A DNA stretch of 64,000 nt, from IMG/VR virus record IMGVR_UViG_3300045988_130366; one strand, written 5' to 3'. The notes below the pieces were generated by a model. It did no database searches. It saw only the letters and a list, made by a program, of their open reading frames with translations, and was not told the DNA's origin. This DNA comes from a virus. Within the stretch, counting starts at the first letter, position 1. Each line of letters begins with the position of its first letter. The position numbers and the translations under genes are program-made. Shown here one piece after another: positions 50,665 through 61,700 of this stretch.

Positions 50665-52055
50665 CATTTCAAGAGCAGCAAGATTTACTTTTAGAAAATT
50701 ATTTATTTAGATATGATAAAGATGAAGCTTCTGTTGAATTTATCATCACATCTATATGCAATCAAAAATGTGAGTATTGTTATTTATATAGATATGGTAA
50801 CGAGATGTATCCTCCAGAAGCTAATAAAAAAGAAAACATTCTTAGAAATTTAGCATTGTTATTAGATTGGTTAGATGAGAATGGATATAAATATACAACC
50901 TTTGATATTTTTTCAGGAGAATTTTTTCAGATTCCTTATTGGGAAGAAATTTTGAGTGTTTTTTATGAGCATCAAATAAACACTCCTAATATTCCATCAA
51001 GAGATTTTGTTATTCCTACAAATATGTCTTTTCTCATGGACGAAGAGAAAACTGCAAGAGTTGAATATTGGATAAATAGGGTTAGAAATGATACAAAACA
51101 TTTTAATGGCTTTTGGTTGAGCGCTTCGGTAGATGGACCAACAGAATTAGAATCTGTTGAAAGAGGATTGAGAAACGGTCAAACGAAACAAGATTTATTC
51201 TATGATAAATTTTTTAAGTTTATTGCGAAGTATTCTTTTTCTTGCCATCCTATGATTACAAAAGAATTCGTTAAAGATTATAAACGTAATTATGATTGGT
51301 GGATTGATAATCTTATTAAATATAATGCTACCTTTAAAAAAGAAAATGGATATGAAGTATGCTCAATTCCAATGATGTTAGAGGTTAGAAATGCAGAACA
51401 ATGGGATAAAGAGTCTTTACAGAATTATAGAGATTTTCTTTTCTATGTAGCAGAAAAAGATTTGAATACACTTCATAAAGGAGATTTAACTGATTTTGCA
51501 TATCATATGGCAGATAACTTCTCTGATGGAATGATGAATATTGGAACATATAATCATGTACAGCCATATATATTAGCCCTTCCAGAAGTACAACATAGAA
51601 TGCCATGTTCAATTCAAGGCGGTACAATTTTCAGAGTTGGAGATTTAGCAGTCGTACCTTGTCACAGAACTTGCTATCCAGATAAAGTTTATGGATTCCT
51701 TGAATTAAATGAAGATAAAACTAAAATTGTGGGCGTTTATGGAGAAAATCCTATGCTGGCATATAAGATTAAAACCATTAATCAGAATCGTTCTTTTATG
51801 AAATGTGCGGGCTGTCCTATTAAAAGCTTTTGTATGAAAGGCTGCTTAGGAGCACAATATGAAGATAGAAAAGAATTATTTTGTGCTATTGATGAAGTGT
51901 GTGAAATGTTTAAAACTAAGTATCGTACTGTTAATGATATAGCTGAAAAATATGGCATTTATGATATTATTTTAAATGATTTAAAAATCTCAAAAGAGAG
52001 AAGGGAGTTCATAAAATATGCAAGAGATATTATCAACAGATGCTTGTATGACTGA
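50661..52055 (+). CDS. radical SAM enzyme with SPASM domain, paralog of upstream gene
   Basis: CNQKCEYC, C-terminal CAGCPIKSFCMKGC (Cx2Cx5Cx3C canonical SPASM); ATGA overlap with upstream. Confidence 0.75.
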   Translation: MTFQEQQDLLLENYLFRYDKDEASVEFIITSICNQKCEYCYLYRYGNEMYPPEANKKENILRNLALLLDWLDENGYKYTTFDIFSGEFFQIPYWEEILSVFYEHQINTPNIPSRDFVIPTNMSFLMDEEKTARVEYWINRVRNDTKHFNGFWLSASVDGPTELESVERGLRNGQTKQDLFYDKFFKFIAKYSFSCHPMITKEFVKDYKRNYDWWIDNLIKYNATFKKENGYEVCSIPMMLEVRNAEQWDKESLQNYRDFLFYVAEKDLNTLHKGDLTDFAYHMADNFSDGMMNIGTYNHVQPYILALPEVQHRMPCSIQGGTIFRVGDLAVVPCHRTCYPDKVYGFLELNEDKTKIVGVYGENPMLAYKIKTINQNRSFMKCAGCPIKSFCMKGCLGAQYEDRKELFCAIDEVCEMFKTKYRTVNDIAEKYGIYDIILNDLKISKERREFIKYARDIINRCLYD

Positions 52056-52701
52056 TGAGAATGTAGAAGTTTCTATTTTTGATTTAACTCAAGACATTAT
52101 GTTTAAAAAGCAATTTGCATTAATAGATGAATTAGATTTTAGACTTGGCAAAGTTAATGATGAAGATGACGTACTTGAATCAGCCAGGTTAAAAATTTAT
52201 TATATTTATTATTTTATGCTTGATGATAAAGAAAAAGAGTATTTCACTCATATAAAGAATTTTATTATTGCATCTAATAATAAGTTAATTAAACGAATTA
52301 AAAATAGCACTGTTGAAGGCTTCCTTGATGAAGATACAAATACCATTGAAGAAGTTCATTTAAACAAACTGTTTTTAGTTCTTTTGAAAGAATACGCTCC
52401 AGAGTTAAGATATACAGATTATAAAGATGATGTTTTATCTAATATAAATCAATATATTTATCTTTTAAATGAAACTTATTTTGATGATTTTAGTTTGTTT
52501 CAAGATAATGTATTATATGGAATTTGTATTGGAAAATCTATAGTTGATTATAAAAAGTTCTTGAGTCCTGCAGAATGGGATAGATTTCAATATAGTTTTT
52601 ATCATTTGTTTTATAGTATTCAAGAATTTCCAACAGACGATGAAATATTAGATATTGAAAAAGATATTGAAAATAAAGTAGACCTTCTTTATGTAAAATA
52701 A
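52048..52701 (+). CDS. hypothetical acidic protein (operon member)
   Basis: ORF overlapping rSAM stop; start uncertain (52018 or 52048). Confidence 0.4.
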   Translation: MTDENVEVSIFDLTQDIMFKKQFALIDELDFRLGKVNDEDDVLESARLKIYYIYYFMLDDKEKEYFTHIKNFIIASNNKLIKRIKNSTVEGFLDEDTNTIEEVHLNKLFLVLLKEYAPELRYTDYKDDVLSNINQYIYLLNETYFDDFSLFQDNVLYGICIGKSIVDYKKFLSPAEWDRFQYSFYHLFYSIQEFPTDDEILDIEKDIENKVDLLYVK

Positions 52702-52732
52702 TAAGAAGTAAAGAGTAAAAGGAGTATAGTAA

Positions 52733-53524
52733 ATGATTTTTATATTGCCATCTATTTATTATAATTTTGAAGATAATATAAATATTTTAAATATGTATAG
52801 CAATACAGTGAAAATCAAAGGCATTGAGGGTAACTTCCCGTCTAACATTATGTGCGGCGGGATTAACGCCCTTGACACCAGATATTTTGCGCTGTATGAT
52901 GATATTATAGGTTGTGTAAATAGTTATCCAATAACATCTAAAATGTTATTTGTTGATTGCGGCAACCTCTTTCTTAATGAAAAAGAATATCTAAATCGTT
53001 TTGATAAGATATTATTTGAAGAATGGGAAAATAATAATTCTACATATTATGAAATTGCTGATTTTAATTTGATTGATTATGTAGTAAAACGTTATCCTAA
53101 TATTCAAATTGCGTTACATCAAAATGCTTTATTAAAATATAGCTTAAAAGAGATTCAAGATAAAATTGATAGTTGTAAAAATATCAAATACATAATTTTA
53201 CCAAGATGTTATGCTCATTTAAAAATAAAAGGTACTCAAAAAATTTATTTAATGAGTTTTACAAAATGTAAAGATTGTGTAAATTACTGCGATTGTTTAT
53301 TTGAAGAGTCTCATAATATATTGGAATATAGTGGTAATTCTGTCTTTAGAAAATGTACTCAAAGGTTTTATAAAGATGATGATGAGTTCTTTGAAGAATA
53401 TAGAAATATTCCAAAAGATTTCTCATATGTTTTATTTGATAATATTATTCCAGAAGAGACAAATGAATGCTATACATTAATGATTAATTTATTTGAGAGA
53501 GGGCTTAAAAATGATTTATTATAA
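52733..53524 (+). CDS. hypothetical protein (operon member)
   Basis: RBS AAAGGAG. Confidence 0.45.
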   Translation: MIFILPSIYYNFEDNINILNMYSNTVKIKGIEGNFPSNIMCGGINALDTRYFALYDDIIGCVNSYPITSKMLFVDCGNLFLNEKEYLNRFDKILFEEWENNNSTYYEIADFNLIDYVVKRYPNIQIALHQNALLKYSLKEIQDKIDSCKNIKYIILPRCYAHLKIKGTQKIYLMSFTKCKDCVNYCDCLFEESHNILEYSGNSVFRKCTQRFYKDDDEFFEEYRNIPKDFSYVLFDNIIPEETNECYTLMINLFERGLKNDLL

Positions 53525-54509
53525 TTTACCTGGATTTTATGAACACTTTACTTTAAATAAGTTTATTTTAGAATTACATGACACAAATCCTGAATATTTC
53601 AGAGATGGAATTAAGATTGCAACTTTCTTTGGTAATTTCCCATTCTGCACTTGGGATGGCGGCAGAAACTTTCCATTTTATCGTCAAATCACAAAAGAGG
53701 AAATTGAAAAGATTAGAGATTTTTATAAATTCTACAATATTCCTATGAGATTAATTTTTACCAATTCTGCAATCGAAGAAGAAGATTTATATGATCCATT
53801 TTGTAATCTTCAAATGAGGCTGCTTGAAGATGGTAATAATGAAGTTGTTGTAAATTCTCCTCTTTTGGAGCAATATTTAAGAGAGACTTATCCAGATTTT
53901 AAATATATTAGTTCTACAACTAAATGTTTAAATAAGGAAAAATTTCTTAAAGAGCTTCAAAATCCAGATTATTATCAAGTTTGTTTAGATTATAATTTGA
54001 ATAAAAATATGGATATGCTTGAAAACATTCCTCAAGAGTTACGAAGTAAATGTGAATTTTTATCAAATGCGATTTGTCATAGTCATTGCCCTGTTAGAAA
54101 ATCACATTATCTTGACACCAGTAAAACTAATTTAACATATGGCAGACATAAATACAGTATTACCGCAAGATGTCAAATTAAAGGTGGTATTAATGACCCT
54201 GATACTCTTGGAAAACAAAACAATTTGACTTGGGAAAATATTCAAGAATATAATTCAATGGGATATAAATACTTTAAATTTGAAGGAAGAACATTGCCAA
54301 GTGCAGATATTTTTGCTAATTATTTATATTATTTATTTAAACCTGAATATATCCCAACTATTGTAAGTCAATCTTCATATGTACCAGGAATATTTTTTAA
54401 TAATCCAAATTCTCAGTTTTATTTAGAGATGGTAAAAAGAACCGATGCTTCATTAGAAGCTGATAATGGCGTATATGCAAATGAATGTGTAATGAGTTGG
54501 CCATTCTAA
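53493..54509 (+). CDS. hypothetical protein (operon member, weakly similar to upstream gene)
   Basis: ORF overlapping upstream by 32 nt. Confidence 0.45.
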   Translation: MREGLKMIYYNLPGFYEHFTLNKFILELHDTNPEYFRDGIKIATFFGNFPFCTWDGGRNFPFYRQITKEEIEKIRDFYKFYNIPMRLIFTNSAIEEEDLYDPFCNLQMRLLEDGNNEVVVNSPLLEQYLRETYPDFKYISSTTKCLNKEKFLKELQNPDYYQVCLDYNLNKNMDMLENIPQELRSKCEFLSNAICHSHCPVRKSHYLDTSKTNLTYGRHKYSITARCQIKGGINDPDTLGKQNNLTWENIQEYNSMGYKYFKFEGRTLPSADIFANYLYYLFKPEYIPTIVSQSSYVPGIFFNNPNSQFYLEMVKRTDASLEADNGVYANECVMSWPF

Positions 54510-54578
54510 TAGAATTAGCCCTTCTTGTTTTTTAAAATCTGTAGAGAGAAAGTTTAAAAATAAGGAGGGCTTTTAACT

Positions 54579-55163
54579 ATGCTGGAAACAATTGGATCAA
54601 TTGTCTTAAAGTATTGGGTTGAACTTATTTTAGGTTTGATTGTAACTGGCGGCGGTTTTTTAATAAAACGTTATTTAAGACTTGAAAAAGAAGAACGTCA
54701 AAGAGAGCAAAAAGAATATTTTGATAATGTGCTTAAAAAAATTCAAAGTGAAAATCAACAGGTATTAAAATCTTTAGAAGAAGAACATGATAAGATGAAT
54801 CAAAATTCTGAAGATAAGTATGATGAAATTAATACCAAGGTTGATCAAGCTTTAGAAGCAGGTCGTGAAGAATCTAAATCTGATGATGCGGTTCTTGAAA
54901 AAGAAATTTCAGCATTGGAAAAAAATATTACAGCTTTGACCGCAGGCGTTTTATCAATACAAGGAAAAGAGTTTAGAAATAATTGTAGAAAACTTTTAGC
55001 TGAAGATCATGTTATTACTCTTGATGAATGGGAAGAATTAGATAAAGACCATATGGCTTATAATGGGTTAGGTGGTAATCATAAAGGTGACCATTTATTT
55101 TCATTAGTAAAAAAGAAAGTCGAAGCCGGCTTTGCAGAAGACCAACGTCCAAAAGAAGAATAA
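54579..55163 (+). CDS. membrane-anchored coiled-coil protein
   Basis: N-terminal TM helix, E/K-rich coiled coil; RBS AAGGAGGG. Confidence 0.45.
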   Translation: MLETIGSIVLKYWVELILGLIVTGGGFLIKRYLRLEKEERQREQKEYFDNVLKKIQSENQQVLKSLEEEHDKMNQNSEDKYDEINTKVDQALEAGREESKSDDAVLEKEISALEKNITALTAGVLSIQGKEFRNNCRKLLAEDHVITLDEWEELDKDHMAYNGLGGNHKGDHLFSLVKKKVEAGFAEDQRPKEE

Positions 55164-55207
55164 AAAAGAGGGGATAGAATTAAATTCTATCCCCTATTAT
55201 TTTTTAT
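55164..55207. terminator. bidirectional rho-independent terminator between convergent transcription units
   Basis: GGGGATAGAAT-TTA-ATTCTATCCCC hairpin flanked by A6 and T7. Confidence 0.8.
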
Positions 55208-55507
55208 CTTAGAAAAAATCTTATTGGTTATATCAATTACCTCTTGTCCATAAGTAGCGAGTAAATCAGCTAATAACTCCTCTTGGTCATAAGTTAATTG
55301 AATATCATAGCTAAACATTGCGGCGTGTGTTATTTCATGGCATAAAACTTTTTTAATTTTTTCGAGAGAAAGTTTATTATTAATATAGATTTTCTTTGTA
55401 TCATCAACGCAAGCTCCAAGAGTATAAGAGCCATCTTTCTTTTTAAGCATTGGGTGATATGGGGATACAAAGACGACTCGCCAATTATCCCCATTAATTT
55501 TAAACAT
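55187..55507 (-). CDS. putative HExxH zinc metallopeptidase
   Basis: …VLCHEITHAAMF… motif in ~100-aa protein. Confidence 0.5.
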   Translation of the reverse strand: MFKINGDNWRVVFVSPYHPMLKKKDGSYTLGACVDDTKKIYINNKLSLEKIKKVLCHEITHAAMFSYDIQLTYDQEELLADLLATYGQEVIDITNKIFSKIKNNRG

Positions 55508-56012
55508 TTATTTTAGTTGCTAATAAAGCAATTTTCTTTTGAAGTAACTGTTTTTCCTCTTGGCTTGCGCCCTCAATCATTTCAAGAATATCTGCATTAA
55601 GTTCTTGCATATATTCTTCAAGTTCTTTTAATTTTTTAGCTTGATCATGATGAAGTTCTTTGGATTCCATATACATACGTCTGCGCTCAGGGCTTTTACC
55701 TTCACGGCTGTCGTATATTTTGATTGGATATTCTCTTTCGTCTTCATCTTCGTATCTATCATAGTAGTCCATAGGTATATTACGTTTTTTCTTACGAATG
55801 CTTTCTTTATAGTACATTCTCTGAGGTTCTTCATCGTCAGATTTTTCTTTCATAGCTTTAGTGATTGTACAATAATAGATAGCTTGTTCAATATCCTTAA
55901 TCATATCAATAACTTTGCCTAATTCTTCAGCGTCACAATTCTGAAGATTAGACATTTGAGATTGGGCCGCACTAATTAAACAATTTTTCATTTCGCAAAG
56001 TCTTTTCATCAT
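55500..56012 (-). CDS. hypothetical acidic coiled-coil protein
   Basis: ORF overlapping neighbours (operon). Confidence 0.45.
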   Translation of the reverse strand: MMKRLCEMKNCLISAAQSQMSNLQNCDAEELGKVIDMIKDIEQAIYYCTITKAMKEKSDDEEPQRMYYKESIRKKKRNIPMDYYDRYEDEDEREYPIKIYDSREGKSPERRRMYMESKELHHDQAKKLKELEEYMQELNADILEMIEGASQEEKQLLQKKIALLATKINV

Positions 56013-56013
56013 A

Positions 56014-56436
56014 TTAAGCCACCCTTTCTACGATTAGATTAGCATTTTGAACATTAATCGTTTGATTTGATGTATTAGTTACTCCAGCTGTTGAGCAATA
56101 TCCAGTAGGCACATCAATGTATACACATGAAGCTACATTAAAATATTGTTCTACTGCGGCAGGGGTAACAATCATCTGGGCAGTGCGAACTGCCTCACCG
56201 TCTATAGTGATAGTTAATGAGATAGCTCCTGCGGTACCGCCAGTTGGGACTGCAATATTACCTGTAAAAGTTACTTTGAATCTTGAGCGGCATTGATTAT
56301 TAGACAAGCCTCTCATTTTGATATTTCCGCTTCCCTCGGTATGAATAACTGAACAATTACCAGGGATTCGAGTTGTAATAAATACAACATTTCCATTTGC
56401 ATTTACTGTTTGTACTACATTGCTTGTGAGTTCCAT
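56014..56436 (-). CDS. hypothetical beta-rich structural protein (Gly/Thr/Val-rich)
   Basis: RBS AAAGGAGAC; composition typical of fibre/knob domains. Confidence 0.45.
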   Translation of the reverse strand: MELTSNVVQTVNANGNVVFITTRIPGNCSVIHTEGSGNIKMRGLSNNQCRSRFKVTFTGNIAVPTGGTAGAISLTITIDGEAVRTAQMIVTPAAVEQYFNVASCVYIDVPTGYCSTAGVTNTSNQTINVQNANLIVERVA

Positions 56437-56507
56437 AAATAGTCTCCTTTCAGGAATTTAATAGGTTAGAGGGTTGGCAGACCCTCTAACCATTAAACTA
56501 ATTTAGA

Positions 56508-57278
56508 TTAAAGTGTACCACATCCGCAGTTATGATATCCAGAATATGGATTAGCAACTGTATATGCAGGGATAGGTGTTGGATTTAAAGCATTAATTAA
56601 ATAGCTATTTTGAGCTGCTTGACTTGCTTGTAATCTAAGATTAGAATTTGCTGCAGTTAATTCACTAATCTTATCATGTAAAGCTTGTGTCTGCATCTCT
56701 TGGATAGCACCTAAAACGCTTCTGGTATTAGCGTTTTGATTTTCCATTAGGTCTCTGGTTGCATCAGAAACTGTTCTACGAGTTGAGCACTCTTGGTCTG
56801 CTAAATTATAATTTAATTGAGCAAAGTTTTGAGCGTCCTCATATCTGTTTTGGCAGCAACACTGTTGCAACTGAGTTCCTAAACTGGTAATACCTGCATT
56901 AATGGTATTAATATTTTGCATGTCTGCGATTGTTTGCTGAGTAATATTATTATTAATACCAGCAAATCCATTCAACATACCTGTGTTCATGGCATAAAAG
57001 CCATCACAGAGTCCACTATTTACATTGTCAATTTTTCTTTCAATGTTAGCGAAATCTGAGGTTAAAATATAACCATCTGTAATTCCAGAACCTGTGGAAC
57101 CTCCTCCGAAGAGTCCATTTCCATTTCCTCCCCATCCTGCGAAGCAGAAAAGGAATAAAATTATAATCCACCAGGCTCCAGAGTCTCCACCGAATCCAAA
57201 TCCATTATCATTTCTATTGGTTCCAGTAGCTGCGGCAATGTCGGCTAAACTATAGCCATTTGTTGCGTTATTGAACAT
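56508..57278 (-). CDS. glycine-rich membrane protein with Cys cluster (CCCQ…NCGCG)
   Basis: internal TM helix WWIIILFLFCFAGW flanked by Gly-rich segments; RBS AAAGGAGGAC. Confidence 0.45.
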   Translation of the reverse strand: MFNNATNGYSLADIAAATGTNRNDNGFGFGGDSGAWWIIILFLFCFAGWGGNGNGLFGGGSTGSGITDGYILTSDFANIERKIDNVNSGLCDGFYAMNTGMLNGFAGINNNITQQTIADMQNINTINAGITSLGTQLQQCCCQNRYEDAQNFAQLNYNLADQECSTRRTVSDATRDLMENQNANTRSVLGAIQEMQTQALHDKISELTAANSNLRLQASQAAQNSYLINALNPTPIPAYTVANPYSGYHNCGCGTL

Positions 57279-57303
57279 ATTAATGTCCTCCTTTTAAAAT
57301 ATA

Positions 57304-57552
57304 TTATTTAATCCCAAGCATTTGCTTAAAGGCATTAAATTCTTTATCAAAATCTTTACCATTTTGACTGCATATATTTCGAGCGATTTGTTCAATATCT
57401 GCACTTCTATTCTGCTTTGCTAAAGACAATAGATTAGCTCCCATTGGAGTATTTTGCATTTGTTGCTCTAACATATCCATTACTAATTGTTGAGGATTCT
57501 GGCCTCCTTTAATCATTTGAATTAATTGCATTGGGTTAATATTCATTGACAT
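57304..57552 (-). CDS. hypothetical protein
   Basis: RBS AGGAGG. Confidence 0.4.
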   Translation of the reverse strand: MSMNINPMQLIQMIKGGQNPQQLVMDMLEQQMQNTPMGANLLSLAKQNRSADIEQIARNICSQNGKDFDKEFNAFKQMLGIK

Positions 57553-57563
57553 AAGAATTCCTC

Positions 57564-57989
57564 CTAAAATTTAATATCCTCTTTTTTAACTGGTTGCGGC
57601 GAAGGAACTGAAGGAGTAGTCTTTTGCGGCGCTTGCTCTGGTACCTGACCCGCAAATATAGCTCTTATTTTTTCCATTTGTTCATTAAATTCATCTCTTG
57701 TTATATAATCTGTCATTTGTGGCTGTGCGGTTGGTTGTTGTAATATTTTTAATTCATACACATTAATTGATGCGGTTCCATCTAAATTGATTTGTTTAGT
57801 ATAAATTTGTTTATTCGCTATATCTGGAAAAATAAAAATAGAGCCATCAAAGTCTATTGGAATGGCTTTAACCTCTTCAATGGAAGAAACTGGCCTGCCT
57901 TTTAGGTACAAAATACTTTGGTTTTGCATTGGTGGTTGCTGTCTAATAGGTTGTTGATTCTGCGGGAAATAGTTGTAATTAGGATACAT
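57564..57989 (-). CDS. hypothetical Gln/Pro-rich protein
   Basis: RBS AAGGAGG. Confidence 0.4.
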   Translation of the reverse strand: MYPNYNYFPQNQQPIRQQPPMQNQSILYLKGRPVSSIEEVKAIPIDFDGSIFIFPDIANKQIYTKQINLDGTASINVYELKILQQPTAQPQMTDYITRDEFNEQMEKIRAIFAGQVPEQAPQKTTPSVPSPQPVKKEDIKF

Positions 57990-58112
57990 TTTTTAATCCT
58001 CCTTCTTAAAATTATTTTTCTTTCTTTCCTTCAATAGTATGTAAAATTTTTACTAATAATCTTAATACGAAAAGTCCAGTCTTTTTAAATCTTTTTTTGT
58101 ACTACAAAATTA

Positions 58113-58154
58113 GACAAAAAAAATAGGGATACAGAATATATATTCTGTATCCCT
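58113..58154 (-). terminator. rho-independent terminator (minus strand)
   Basis: AGGGATACAGAATATATATTCTGTATCCCT hairpin; T8 on minus strand (A8 at 58116-58123). Confidence 0.75.
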
Positions 58155-58159
58155 TATTC

Positions 58160-58561
58160 TTATTTAGGCATTTTATTTTTATTAACAGCCGCTTCAATTT
58201 GTTTTGTAATATATGTATTCAAATCGCCATAGATTGCTGTCAGGTATTCTTTCGCTTCGTCATTTAAGATAGAAAGAACTGCAGTTAAGGTCATGTTAAA
58301 TGCCTTTTTCTGAGCTTCGGCATCGAATTTTCCTTGGGCTTTTAAGCTATCTACATATGTTTGATTTGTGGCAATTACACAATCAGTAATTGTCTTTGAT
58401 AACATTGTAATATATTTTGCTGCTAAAGCATTATCATTCTGCTTAATTAAAGCATCTTTTTTTGTTGCAATATACTGTACTAAGTAAGCTGTTAAAATTC
58501 CTAATAATGGAATTATACATACCTCAAAAATTTGTGATAACATCTGTAAAAAATTCTCCAT
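58160..58561 (-). CDS. hypothetical membrane protein (N-terminal TM)
   Basis: ORF; hydrophobic N-terminus. Confidence 0.4.
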   Translation of the reverse strand: MENFLQMLSQIFEVCIIPLLGILTAYLVQYIATKKDALIKQNDNALAAKYITMLSKTITDCVIATNQTYVDSLKAQGKFDAEAQKKAFNMTLTAVLSILNDEAKEYLTAIYGDLNTYITKQIEAAVNKNKMPK

Positions 58562-58563
58562 AA

Positions 58564-58746
58564 TTATTCCTCACTTTCTAACCATTTATTATATTTGGTT
58601 AATATACATTTAGGGCATAAATCACTTGAGAAAGAACCTATTGTTCTTTCATCAAGTTTAATATTTATATCAACTTCATTTAATTCTTCATGCCGAAGGC
58701 CAGTAAACCAAATGAAGTTTAAATTAAATTTATCTTTATTTTTCAT
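58564..58746 (-). CDS. hypothetical small protein
   Basis: ORF. Confidence 0.35.
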   Translation of the reverse strand: MKNKDKFNLNFIWFTGLRHEELNEVDINIKLDERTIGSFSSDLCPKCILTKYNKWLESEE

Positions 58747-58750
58747 AATA

Positions 58751-61700
58751 TTATTTTACCTTTATCCAAATTCTACCATTAATTTTAACTGGATCTCTAT
58801 CAGCATTTTTTCCTCCGCCCCATTCTTCATAATCTGGAACACAAGAAACTATACCAACAATACGATCTGGAAACTTTATAATTTCTTCTCTTGTCATAAT
58901 ATCAATAGTTCCATCTGGAGCAGCGCATACACAATCACCAGGTTTATAATTATTACGATTTTGATAAGTATAAACTAAAACTCGTCCTGCAACAGCAATA
59001 TTAGTTTTAGCTTTATCAGTTTCACCTTGACTAAATCCCCATGTATCGGAAATTACACCAGCAAAATGTTGAAGTCTTTTTTCTGTTTTTGTTAGAGTAT
59101 CATCACCTTTTTCAAAAACAACTCGTCCTGGCTCACTACAATCTGATTGACGACATTCTGCATAATCATTCCAAACTGCACCAGTAACAGAATTTCCTTG
59201 ACACCAAATTCTATTCCATGAATACCAATCATCACAGCAATCTCGAAGACCTCTCATCCATAATCCAGAACTTCCAGTCCATTGACCAGCAATTTCGATA
59301 TGTCCGCTAGTTCCATTTCCGAATCCAACTACAGACAAATAAGTAGTAGGTGCTCCATTAGCAGTTTGATCATTCATATTATATGTATAAACACCGCCTC
59401 TCGCTGCAGTTCTCCCAGATTCTGCTTTTTGATTACCCATACTTCTTATATAACCAGCATTACTAACACTAAAATTAGACGGACTATAAACATACATATT
59501 AGTTCCATCATTGCCACCCCAAATCCAATTTGGCTGTCCGCCTTGTCCATTCCAATAGAATGTCATAGGTATAGCAACGTTTCCACTCTGACCTAATTTA
59601 GCAGCTACATCAGAATTTTTTGTTGCAAGGGCACTGCGTCTTACAGCTTTAATTTTTTTACCATCCGCGCTCCATCCGGCAATCCAATCTGTTGCAGATG
59701 CAGCTTGTTCGCCAGACCATTCTAAATGTACTCCATCGGTAGTGTCTGCATTATCTGCATTTGTAGCATGTGTTGCATTTGTAGCAGTTCCTGATAAAGA
59801 ACCTACAAAAGTATTTGCATAAACATAATCTACAAGTCCTTGTTGACCATTTCCAAATCTATATTCAGAAATTAAACTACTATTTTTGCTACCTGGAGTT
59901 GGGCGACTCCAACTTTGATAATTAAACCATAGTTTATTATTATAACTATCTGGAATAAAATTAAACTCATTGCTCGCACAAATAAATATATTTGCATGAG
60001 GAGAATAAATACCTCCTGCAGTATATATAGGTTTATCATTATAAGAACGCATCCAAATAGAATCACTCATATACCAGCCACCGCCATAAGATTCAGAATA
60101 CCATCCAGTTGAGCCAGTAGTTCTTAACCAACCATCTTGAACATAAACGTCTCCCTTACAAGTTATACTATAACCACTTAATGAAGATGTTCTAATTCCG
60201 ACTTGATTACTGGATTTTTTAAAATAAACAATCCAATTAAATCCTTGCTGAAATAGTCCTTTATGCTCACCAGAATCTATAATAGTCATATAATTAGTAT
60301 CTTTTCCTAAATGAATTCCAGAATAACCACCCTTAGATCCATTTATAGCCCATTGACCATAGGTAGAAACATTATTAGGAAATAAATGAGCATCATTATT
60401 TGGAGAATATAATCCTGTATAATTATCAAATTGAATCCACTCTTTTTCATATAATCTACAATTTATAATAACCTTATTTCCTGTCATTTGCATAGGATTA
60501 TAAACAGTTGAGTTTTCAGGTGTATCAGACCAATCTTTAAATTCAAAATCTAACCAATCTGTAGTAGCATTATCTCCAACTTTAATTTTTAATCTGCCAT
60601 TATCCTCTGTTCCAGAACCAATAATTTCCCAATAATCTGAGCCGCCTGCCATTGATCCGTGGATACCTTTATTATTGGTAAAATTAAGGTTACCTGTCAT
60701 AGTATCGCCAGTTTTTAAAACATATCTACCATCCAATGTATAGGTATAATTATTAACATCTAACACTTGAATCCATTTAGAATATGCAACACTTCCATTT
60801 CTAACAATTTTATAATAAATACTATTATCATTAAAAGGAATTGCAATATCCGTATAATAGTTATTGCTTGTATTTGTATGACGATTCCTTAAAACATACC
60901 ACCAAGCACTTGAAGGAGTATCATTAGTATCTACTGCAGCTCCAGCAGTACCTTCTATATCAAACCAAGTTAATCCACCTACATTTCCAGAATTTGTACT
61001 ACTATTTGACCCCAATATACCTGTAAAGCATGATTTATTAGGGATAGTAAGATTTCCATCTATATAAGAAGCTCCATTAACTCGTAATCTATAACCAGAA
61101 TCCCTTGAATCATATTGATATCCGATATTAGTATAATTAAACCATGAATAACCACTTATATTAATAGCCCAATTACTCGCTCCAGAATGAGAACAAATAT
61201 CTTGCGTAAAAACCCAATTACTATTATCTGCATTTCCAAGATACAATGGTTGTGTAGAACGATTCATTACACGAGTTGCACCAGATAATTGTCCTGTAAC
61301 ATCTGCGGTTCCATCAAAAGGTTGTCCCCAAATATTTCTGGTATTTAATAACTTAGTTGCTGCATAACTACTATTTGGTTTGTCAACTGAGCCAGTTACA
61401 TTTTCTAAAGTAGTAACAAAATCAATATTCCAATTACAACACCATTTTTTATATTCATAATTATTAAATCCAACGGTAACATCATGAATCTGAATTTGTG
61501 GATAACGCCAATTAGTTGCAACATCTCCAATATAAATTACATTATTAGAAGCTGTTTCTCCATAACGGACTGGTAAATTAGATATTGAAAGATTTCCATT
61601 ATGTCCTATAGAATAGGCAGTGCAATTATGCCAAACACCATCTTGATAATTATAACCTTTAATAACGTATTCACAACTTGTATCTGAAGAATAATTATAA

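Noticed and set aside
54510-54578. Terminator between 54509 and 54579
   Set aside because: AGCCCT…AGGGCT complement is separated by ~40 nt; not a convincing intrinsic terminator.
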